Below, one piece after another: positions 1 to 7,343 of a stretch of 17,212 nt of DNA. Below the pieces are notes generated by a model that saw nothing but the letters and a program-made list of their open reading frames with translations, was not told where the DNA came from and made no database searches. The translations under genes and the position numbers were made by a program. The DNA is taken from contig JAPNQO010000032.1 in the NCBI GenBank assembly GCA_027251445.1, positions 1-17,212 of the forward strand, written 5' to 3'. The stretch is from Fidelibacterota bacterium (GTDB lineage: Bacteria > Fidelibacterota > Marinisomatia > Marinisomatales > TCS55). Positions within the stretch are counted from its first letter, which is position 1. Every line of letters begins with the position of its first letter.

Positions 1-1
1 C

Positions 2-298
2 AATTATAGTCAAATTACAAATGAATTTACCATCACGTATAATTTTCCTAATCCATTTAATGCAATTACTAAAATTTTTTATGAAACACATACAACAAAT
101 GATATATATATAAATATATATAATATATTAGGTGATCATGTCAAAGAATTTAAAATCCAAAATCAAGCACCTGGTAATCATTCAGCTATCTGGGATGGGA
201 CTAATCATTTCAATAAAGATTTGAGCTCTGGGGTGTATGTATACCAAATTAGAATTGATGAAACTATAGCAAAAAATAAAATGATTATGTTAAAATAA
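2..298 (+). CDS. Partial CDS (5' end outside window): C-terminal T9SS type A sorting / FlgD-Ig-like domain of a secreted protein
   Basis: Frame 2 is open from base 2 to TAA at 296-298: NYSQITNEFTITYNFPNPFNAITKIFY...INIYNILGDHVKEF...PGNHSAIWDGTNHFNKDLSSGVYVYQIRIDETIAKNKMIMLK*. It has the (Y/F)PNPFN, IYNxxG, WDG, SGVY and terminal KMxxLK motifs of this domain. Absent from the ORF track because it has no start codon. Confidence 0.9.
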   Translation, partial: NYSQITNEFTITYNFPNPFNAITKIFYETHTTNDIYINIYNILGDHVKEFKIQNQAPGNHSAIWDGTNHFNKDLSSGVYVYQIRIDETIAKNKMIMLK

Positions 299-355
299 TT
301 TTTTTAATATTTACCATAATAAAATCTTCTTAATAATAACTTTTGAGGTTTCTAA

Positions 356-1441
356 ATGTTTAAACGTTATTTTCTTATTTGTAGTCTTTTTCTTTCAGCG
401 GTTACAGGACAAGATTTATTTATTAGTGATTGGTATGCAGGAATTAGAGAAGCTCCGGTATATAGTCAAATGATTGAATTATATAATCCCACGGATTCTG
501 ATATTGACCTTTCAGATTATGCTCTGATTAAAGGTTCTGCTGGGGGGCCTTTTGGTATACACTCAAGTCACAACACCTTTGTTCGTTTATATGGAACCGT
601 TGCATCAGGATCAACAGTTATAATTGCTAGAGCTGCATCTGATGATGGCATCACAAGTATAGCTGATATTGTTTTATCTGATGTTGATGAAGAACCGTTA
701 AAGATCAGTGGAGATGATGCAATTGGTTTATTTAAAGGTGTTGGTATTTCAAGTAATGAAGTTGGTGATTGGGTTTCGAATGCGGAATTACTGGATGCTG
801 TTGGAGATACATTAGGTGATCCCGGTTCAAGTTGGCATGTCTCAGGAGAGGTTGGTCCTCCAAATTCTGATGGTACTAGCAATTATGGAGTAACACGTTT
901 TGCTATTTTAACAAGAAAAGAATCCGTATGCGCAGGAAATGCTGGGGATTGGACTATGTCAAGAGGTTGCGTTGATGATACATGTAGCAGTACAACTGCT
1001 GAGTTAAGTGAGTGGAATGTTACTGCATTGTACTATAGCACGGAACCTGGTTTAGAGCCAGATGCTGAAAATACTAGCGCTCAAGCAGATATGGATCTTA
1101 TTGCAGGTTGGCATTATTATGATTGTCAAACAGTTTCTTCACAAGAAGAGTTGTTTTATCCCAAAGAATTTGATTTGAAACAGAACTATCCAAATCCTTT
1201 TAATCCTGCAACAAATATTGCATTTGATATTACTAGGAGAGGAAATGCACATTTATCTATTTATAATATGAATGGTGAAAATGTTTGGGAAGTAAAAATG
1301 CCAGGTTTGGTTGCTGGTAATTACACTGTTTCTTGGAATGGAAGGAATATGTCAGGTTCTAAGCTGGAAAGTGGAGTTTATATTTACCGATTGACAATGA
1401 ATGAAATGAGTCAATCTCGTAAGTTACTTTTAATTAAATAA
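356..1441 (+). CDS. Secreted lamin tail domain (LTD) protein with C-terminal T9SS/FlgD-Ig sorting domain
   Basis: Signal peptide MFKRYFLICSLFLSAVTG|Q; LTD motifs DLFISDW, IELYNPTDSDIDLSDYAL, GDDAIGL, LLDAVG, ILTRK; C-terminal LKQNYPNPFNPAT...IYNMNGE...WNG...SGVYIYRL...RKLLLIK; SD-like GAGGT at 345-349. Confidence 0.85.
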   Translation: MFKRYFLICSLFLSAVTGQDLFISDWYAGIREAPVYSQMIELYNPTDSDIDLSDYALIKGSAGGPFGIHSSHNTFVRLYGTVASGSTVIIARAASDDGITSIADIVLSDVDEEPLKISGDDAIGLFKGVGISSNEVGDWVSNAELLDAVGDTLGDPGSSWHVSGEVGPPNSDGTSNYGVTRFAILTRKESVCAGNAGDWTMSRGCVDDTCSSTTAELSEWNVTALYYSTEPGLEPDAENTSAQADMDLIAGWHYYDCQTVSSQEELFYPKEFDLKQNYPNPFNPATNIAFDITRRGNAHLSIYNMNGENVWEVKMPGLVAGNYTVSWNGRNMSGSKLESGVYIYRLTMNEMSQSRKLLLIK

Positions 1442-1469
1442 ATTTATTTATTATAAATTAAATTAATGA

Positions 1470-1501
1470 AAAAGGGATCAATTAATATATTGATCCCTTT
1501 T
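1470..1501 (+). terminator. Perfect 13-bp inverted repeat, probable intrinsic (possibly bidirectional) terminator
   Basis: AAAAGGGATCAAT (1470-1482), loop TAATAT, ATTGATCCCTTTT (1489-1501), followed by ATTT; starts 28 nt after the stop codon at 1441. Confidence 0.75.
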
Positions 1502-1505
1502 ATTT

Positions 1506-2528
1506 ATGAAGAAAATATTATTCCTATTTTTGATTATTTTTTGTTCATGTGCGGAAGAAAAGTCTGTTACAGATGTTGGAAGTATTATTCCTGAAAATGA
1601 TGATCAATTTCCATGCTTAAACTCTACAGCTGATTGTTTAAATACGTTGATTTTAGATTCTGATTCAGAGTGGTCTTTTAATTATTATTCTTCATTTCCT
1701 TTAGATTCTATTTGGAGTATAACAGGTGCTATTATTGTGGTTCATGGATTTAATAGAAATGCTGATGAATACTTTGAAAATATGATATCTGTTGTTCAGT
1801 CATTAGATCTCGAAGATCAAATTATAGTTATTGCTCCAGATTATTCAACCCAAGATGATAATCCAGATGATCAAGAAATTTTATGGACATCAAATAGTTG
1901 GAAAGAAGGATCCCTATCGGTCTATCAGACTGGTAAAGAACAAATAAGTTCATTTACTATTGTAGATAAAATAATTTCTGATTTAAATAATAAAAATAAC
2001 TACCCTAATTTGAATACCATTCTACTCACAGGACATTCTGCTGGCGCTCAATTTACTTATTTATACTCTGCAACCAATACTGTTGAATATTCTTTGAATG
2101 ATATTAATCTATTATATGGTATAGCAAATAGTTCAAGCTATCTATATTTAAATGCAGTAAGAGAAATTGATTCGAATTATTCCATACCTACAGATTGTAA
2201 TAACTATAATGATTGGCCTTTTGGCTTAGATAATCGTAACGAGTATGCTAGTAATATTTCTCCTTCTGAGATATCTACTCAACTCATACAAAGAAATGTA
2301 AATTATTTCAATGGGGTTTTAGATACTACTGCTTATTCATATGGGTGTAAATATACACTTCAAGGCGCAAATCGGCTAGACACTGGTCAAAGACACTTTA
2401 ATCATCTTAATTATTATTTTCCCGATCATAACCATTCATTTAATATGGTTCCCGCAGCTAGTCATGATAATCGAGAAATGTATTTATCTATGCAATTTAT
2501 TAATCTAGTTGAACAATATTTTCAATAA
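1506..2528 (+). CDS. Alpha/beta-fold serine hydrolase lipoprotein (esterase/amidase, PahZ1-like motif set)
   Basis: Lipoprotein signal MKKILFLFLIIFCS|C; oxyanion-region IIVVHGFNRNA; nucleophile elbow GHSAG (2031-2045); ANSSSYLY; NDWPFGL; candidate catalytic Asp in NGVLD; QGANR; candidate catalytic His in VPAASHD. Confidence 0.85.
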   Translation: MKKILFLFLIIFCSCAEEKSVTDVGSIIPENDDQFPCLNSTADCLNTLILDSDSEWSFNYYSSFPLDSIWSITGAIIVVHGFNRNADEYFENMISVVQSLDLEDQIIVIAPDYSTQDDNPDDQEILWTSNSWKEGSLSVYQTGKEQISSFTIVDKIISDLNNKNNYPNLNTILLTGHSAGAQFTYLYSATNTVEYSLNDINLLYGIANSSSYLYLNAVREIDSNYSIPTDCNNYNDWPFGLDNRNEYASNISPSEISTQLIQRNVNYFNGVLDTTAYSYGCKYTLQGANRLDTGQRHFNHLNYYFPDHNHSFNMVPAASHDNREMYLSMQFINLVEQYFQ

Positions 2529-2543
2529 ATTGCTCATCTTTAA

Positions 2544-5500
2544 ATGAAGCTAAAACTTTCTCTTTATTCTTTTTTATACTACTGTTGTTTTTTTGCAACT
2601 GTTTCTGCTATTGATCTAGTCAATATTGAAGGTTATGTTATTAATGATATTGGTAGTCCTCTTGTAGGGTCAAATATTATAATTAAAAACACAGCCTATG
2701 GTGGGGCTACAGATACGGATGGTTTTTATCAGTTTTCAATTCCAATTGAAGTTGCGCGATCTTCGCCATTAATATTTGCTAGTTATATTGGATATAGATC
2801 AACAGTTGATACTCTATTATATAACAATGAAAAAGAAATTATTAAAAACTTTCAGTTGAATAGGGATGTCTTGGATTTAGAATCCATTGTAGTAACAGGT
2901 ATGGGAGCTAAGCAATATAAAGAAAAACTTGGAGTTTCAATTGAATCAGTAAAAGGTGAAGCAGTGGTTAAAGCTGGAGAAGTAAACATGATTACCTCAT
3001 TGCGGGGAAATGTTCCTGGATTAGAGATAAGAAAAACAAGCGGAGATGCTGGTACAAATGCATTTTTTAGAATTAGAGGAACTGGTACAATTTCTGGCAG
3101 CCATGAACCATTAATAATTGTAGATGGCAGCCCAGTAAGCAATCGCACATATGATTCAGGAGGGTCTGAGACCAGCGAAAGAGGGCATCCAGAATCATCA
3201 AGTAGAACAGGCGACATCAATGTAGAGGATATTGAAACTATTGAAGTTCTTAAAGGTGCTGCGGCCTCAGCAATCTATGGGTCAAGAGCTTCCAATGGTG
3301 TAATTATGATTACTACAAAGTCTGGTAGAACAGGCAAGACCCAATTAACATACAAATTCCAAGCAGGTATAAGCGCGTTAAATAATAAATATCCAGTTCA
3401 GCAGTGGTTTGGGCAAGGAAAGGCAGGTAATTTCATACAAGGAGAAGCATTTTCATGGGGAAAACCATTAAATATTAAAGGATCTCCTTGGTTTGATGAT
3501 AGTAGAGATATTGATCAGGTATTTGATCATATTGGTGAAATATCAGATTATGGAAATAGTTATGATCACAATGTATCTGCCTATGGAGGGAGTGATAAAA
3601 CAACATTCTATCTTTCAATGAGCAAATCATATGAAAAATCCCACTGGCTAAAGTTTGCAGATTATAAAAAAATGGTTTCTACTGTATTTGGTCATATTCC
3701 AAATCGTGATGTCCCTTCTGATTATGAAAGATATACAGTAAGATTAAAGGGAAGTCATTTGATTCGAGACAACCTTACGTTAACAGGTAGTATGTCCTAT
3801 GTAAATGTAAGTGTAAATAGTGTGATGCGTGCACATACAACGGATGGATTAGGGAAAGGGTTATTAAGCACTCCTCCAGATTTTGATCTAAAACCATATT
3901 TAAATCCAGTTACACAATATCATAGATCATCTACAGATCCAAATTCATTAACCCCCGAAGGAGATCATAGCTGGAATAATCCATACTGGGTTTTATATGA
4001 AGCAATGCAAAAACAACATGTAGACAGATTATATGGTAGTATTCAATTAGATTTTAGACCTACAGATTGGGGTTCATTAAAATATACTATGGGAACAGAT
4101 TATTCTTTAGATGAGAGAACTGAAGTTCTACCTATCGGAACATACCGTGAAGGAGGTATTGGCCGATTAATCCGTGAGGATATTGTGGATCAGGAATTTG
4201 ATGGAAATCTTGTTTTTAATATTGATGGAAACAAACTTTTTAATCTACCAATGAATCTTATGATGGGTCATAATTTAAATAGTAGATACTTTCGCAGTTA
4301 TGAGATTACAGGTTTGGATCAAACATTGCCTAATTATTTTCAAATGGAAAATTATAGTTCAATCTATGCAGATGAACGATTGACTTTACGTCATGCAGAG
4401 TCATTTTTTATTCAAGGAACGTATGATTTATTTGATGAATTGTATCTTACAAGCGCTATTCGAAATGATGGGTCTTCCACTTTTGGTCCTTCAGATAGAA
4501 GACACAATTTTAGAAAATTTAGTGCTGCTTGGAATTTTTCAAAACGTTTGAAAATACCATATCTTAATTTTGGTAAACTGAGATATGCATTTGGTGAAGC
4601 AGGTGAACAGCCAAATGTCTATACTATTTATTCAGGATACATGTCACCAACTTCATTTTCAGCGGGAGATAAAGTTAATCTTGCATTGACATATAATGGA
4701 TTAACCGGTTATCGCTCTGATGATCGTATTGGTAATATGCGTATTCGCCCAGAAAGAAGAACTGAAAATGAAATTGGGGTTGATTTAAGCTTTTTGGAAG
4801 ATAAAATAGGAATCAACTTTACTTCCTATAAAGCCCTGAACTCAGATGTTATTTTTACTATTGATGTCATCCCATCTACAGGGTCAGATGAGCAAACTGC
4901 CAATGGAGCAATTATCGAAAATAAAGGATTAGAATTTGTTATTAATACCAATCCAATTAGAAAAAAGAATCTTTCATGGAGCTCACGATTTATTTATGCA
5001 AGCAATACTAATATGGTATTAGAGATGAATGGCGTTTCAGGTGATGAAGCAAAAAATATGGATTATTCTCAAGTTCCAAGTGTTGGTATTTCAAAATTTA
5101 GTGAAGTATCACCTGGCCATACTTTAGGAGAATTTAGAGGATATACTTGGGCTCGTTTTGGCTATGGAATAACTGCCAAAGACTTTGATGAAAATGGCAA
5201 TACCGTATATATTAACATTGATTCTGTATATGCTGGTCAATGGAAGCGCAATGATGTATATATTCAACGAGATGGATATCCAGATACAGATTGGTTAAAT
5301 AGGGAATATGTATGGACTGGTTATGATCCGAACCCTGATTGGACAGGAAGTTTTTATAATGAAGTAGAGCTTTTTGGTAAAATTAAATTTTCTTGTCTAA
5401 TTGATATAAGTATGGGCGGACATATAGTTAATTATACCAAAAATGCATTATATGAGTGGGGAACTCATGGTGATACAGAAAATAGATATCACTCTAGCTT

Positions 5501-5930
5501 TGATAATCCAAATTGGCATGGATACGAAGAAGGCGTATCTACTGAATGGGGAAAGGGTAAAATTTCAGATATGTTAAATAATGGTGCCAACGCCATTGGA
5601 CCAGGTGCAGATCAAATTGTTGCGTTTGATGAAATATTTTATACTACTATTGCTGGAAGAAAATTTGATATTATAAATAATATTGAAGATGCTAGCTATA
5701 TAAAGCTAAGAGAAATTTCTCTTGCCTATCAGATGACGAATAAGTACACAGATTATCTTGGTTTAAAAAGTATGAGTCTACGATTAAGTGCAAGAGATTT
5801 GATCACTTGGACAAAATATTCTGGTTGGGATCCAGAAACGAATATGTATCAAAATAGAATATCGGGTGAAGATTATTTTAACCAACCTCAGACGTGGGGA
5901 ACAAATTTTACATTATATTTTAATTGGTAG
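2544..5930 (+). CDS. susC: SusC/RagA-family TonB-dependent outer-membrane transporter
   Basis: Signal peptide; N-terminal CarboxypepD_reg-like domain (IEGYV...PLVGSNIII...TDTDGFY...SYIGY); TonB-box-like LESIVVTG; plug motif PLIIVDG and the SusC signature DINVEDIETIEVLKGAAASAIYGSRASNGVIMITTK; RNDGSSTFG; DASYIKLREISLAY; TKYSGWDPE; C-terminal aromatic barrel signal FTLYFNW. Confidence 0.96.
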   Translation: MKLKLSLYSFLYYCCFFATVSAIDLVNIEGYVINDIGSPLVGSNIIIKNTAYGGATDTDGFYQFSIPIEVARSSPLIFASYIGYRSTVDTLLYNNEKEIIKNFQLNRDVLDLESIVVTGMGAKQYKEKLGVSIESVKGEAVVKAGEVNMITSLRGNVPGLEIRKTSGDAGTNAFFRIRGTGTISGSHEPLIIVDGSPVSNRTYDSGGSETSERGHPESSSRTGDINVEDIETIEVLKGAAASAIYGSRASNGVIMITTKSGRTGKTQLTYKFQAGISALNNKYPVQQWFGQGKAGNFIQGEAFSWGKPLNIKGSPWFDDSRDIDQVFDHIGEISDYGNSYDHNVSAYGGSDKTTFYLSMSKSYEKSHWLKFADYKKMVSTVFGHIPNRDVPSDYERYTVRLKGSHLIRDNLTLTGSMSYVNVSVNSVMRAHTTDGLGKGLLSTPPDFDLKPYLNPVTQYHRSSTDPNSLTPEGDHSWNNPYWVLYEAMQKQHVDRLYGSIQLDFRPTDWGSLKYTMGTDYSLDERTEVLPIGTYREGGIGRLIREDIVDQEFDGNLVFNIDGNKLFNLPMNLMMGHNLNSRYFRSYEITGLDQTLPNYFQMENYSSIYADERLTLRHAESFFIQGTYDLFDELYLTSAIRNDGSSTFGPSDRRHNFRKFSAAWNFSKRLKIPYLNFGKLRYAFGEAGEQPNVYTIYSGYMSPTSFSAGDKVNLALTYNGLTGYRSDDRIGNMRIRPERRTENEIGVDLSFLEDKIGINFTSYKALNSDVIFTIDVIPSTGSDEQTANGAIIENKGLEFVINTNPIRKKNLSWSSRFIYASNTNMVLEMNGVSGDEAKNMDYSQVPSVGISKFSEVSPGHTLGEFRGYTWARFGYGITAKDFDENGNTVYINIDSVYAGQWKRNDVYIQRDGYPDTDWLNREYVWTGYDPNPDWTGSFYNEVELFGKIKFSCLIDISMGGHIVNYTKNALYEWGTHGDTENRYHSSFDNPNWHGYEEGVSTEWGKGKISDMLNNGANAIGPGADQIVAFDEIFYTTIAGRKFDIINNIEDASYIKLREISLAYQMTNKYTDYLGLKSMSLRLSARDLITWTKYSGWDPETNMYQNRISGEDYFNQPQTWGTNFTLYFNW

Positions 5931-5934
5931 ATTT

Positions 5935-7329
5935 ATGAATAAGTTAAAAAGTACAATATTTTGTTTATTAGTCATTTTTTTGATGGGATGTGAAGATTTT
6001 TTGACCGGTGATTTATTGGATAATGATCCAAATAAAGTAGATGATGTAAGTATCATTTCTATTGAATCATTATTAGTTGGTTCTCAAGTATCTATGTATG
6101 GAGTAATGGAGTCATATTTAAATAGAATGGTAACAATGATTATGCAACAAATGGCTGGACAGAAGCTAGAATATTATTCCGATTATAATTGTTCTCCTAT
6201 TGATCGAAATACGAATGGAAGGTGGTCTGCTATTTATGGTACAGGTGGGCTGATTGATATTAGAACTATTCAAGAAAAAGCTAGAGATCAAGAAAAATAT
6301 CTTGTTCTTGGGATTGCTCAAATGTGGGAGGCTTTGATAATCAGTACAGCTGCAGATCTTTGGGGAGATATTCCTTATTCTGAGGCAGCTAATTCTAATT
6401 ATGAATCACCTAATTTAGATTCTCAGCGCGAAGTTCATGAAGCAGTTTTAGAATTAATAAATGATGCAATAAATAATTTTTCATTGGGTCAAGTACAAAC
6501 TTTTTCTTCTAATTATGATTTTTCATTTGGAGGGAATGCAAATAAATGGATTGCTGTAGCGCATACGCTAGCAGCAAGAATATATTTGAATTGGGCAGAA
6601 GTAGATGGAATACAGGCATATGAAAATGCTCTATTTCATGCTGAACAAGGGGTAAGTAGCTCTAATGGCACAGGCGATTGGAGAGCATTGCATTCTACTA
6701 CCAACAATGAACAATCAATTTGGTGGCAATTCACTATCAAGAATAATGATTACATGGGAGCAGGTCATTTATTAGTAGATATGTTGGAAAATGATAATGA
6801 TGGTCGTTTGAATATATATTTTTCAGGAGATCCTGTTGTAGGGGTGAAGCCTGGTGAAACACAATTTTATGGTTCAGATCTAAATAGTAATACCTATGGA
6901 AGTAGGGACTATGGTGTAGAATTTATCTCATGGTATGAAAATAAATTTATTGTTGCAGAATGCCAATATAGCATGGGCGATGAAAACTCTGCCCGAATAA
7001 CTTTGAATAGTATTTTAGATGATTTAGAAGTCAAATGGCAAACTATTGAATCAACGTGTAGTTTACCTAGATATGAGAATGTGGGCGGTAATAATCTCTA
7101 TGAAGCTATAATGAATGAAAAGTATAAAGCGATGTTTTTAAATATTCAGACATGGAGCGATTGGCGAAGAACTGGATTCCCTAACTTTATAGATTCTGAT
7201 GGAGAATCTACTTCATGCGCTGGAGGTACCCCTAGACGATTATTATACCCTGAAAAAGAAAAGAGTACCAATCCTAATTTTCCTACAAATGATTCTATTT
7301 ATGATCGAGTCCAAAACGATCCAAATTAA
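5935..7329 (+). CDS. susD: SusD/RagB-family nutrient-binding outer-membrane lipoprotein (SusD-like_2 type); start revised from 5866 to the ATG at 5935
   Basis: ATG 5935 lies 4 nt after the susC stop and gives a clean lipoprotein signal MNKLKSTIFCLLVIFLMG|C followed by DNDPN. Motifs DLWGDIPYSEA, KWIAVAHTLAARIYL, EKYKAMF, WSDWRRTGFP, PRRLLYP. Directly downstream of susC. Confidence 0.93.
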   Translation: MNKLKSTIFCLLVIFLMGCEDFLTGDLLDNDPNKVDDVSIISIESLLVGSQVSMYGVMESYLNRMVTMIMQQMAGQKLEYYSDYNCSPIDRNTNGRWSAIYGTGGLIDIRTIQEKARDQEKYLVLGIAQMWEALIISTAADLWGDIPYSEAANSNYESPNLDSQREVHEAVLELINDAINNFSLGQVQTFSSNYDFSFGGNANKWIAVAHTLAARIYLNWAEVDGIQAYENALFHAEQGVSSSNGTGDWRALHSTTNNEQSIWWQFTIKNNDYMGAGHLLVDMLENDNDGRLNIYFSGDPVVGVKPGETQFYGSDLNSNTYGSRDYGVEFISWYENKFIVAECQYSMGDENSARITLNSILDDLEVKWQTIESTCSLPRYENVGGNNLYEAIMNEKYKAMFLNIQTWSDWRRTGFPNFIDSDGESTSCAGGTPRRLLYPEKEKSTNPNFPTNDSIYDRVQNDPN

Positions 7330-7343
7330 TAGGATATTTTATT

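Noticed and set aside
101..130. (AT)n-like low-complexity tract GATATATATATAAATATATATAATATATTA
   Set aside because: It encodes DIYINIYNIL, the normal beta-strand of the C-terminal sorting domain; not a microsatellite or regulatory repeat.
568..882. Minus-strand 104-aa ORF
   Set aside because: Antisense shadow wholly inside the LTD gene; Ser/Pro/Thr-rich composition typical of reverse-frame artefacts, no motifs.
2852..3220. Minus-strand 122-aa ORF
   Set aside because: Antisense shadow of the conserved SusC plug region; no independent coding evidence.
5866..5934. Upstream extension of susD given in the ORF track (GTG start overlapping susC)
   Set aside because: The ATG at 5935 gives a canonical lipoprotein signal peptide and avoids a 65-nt overlap.
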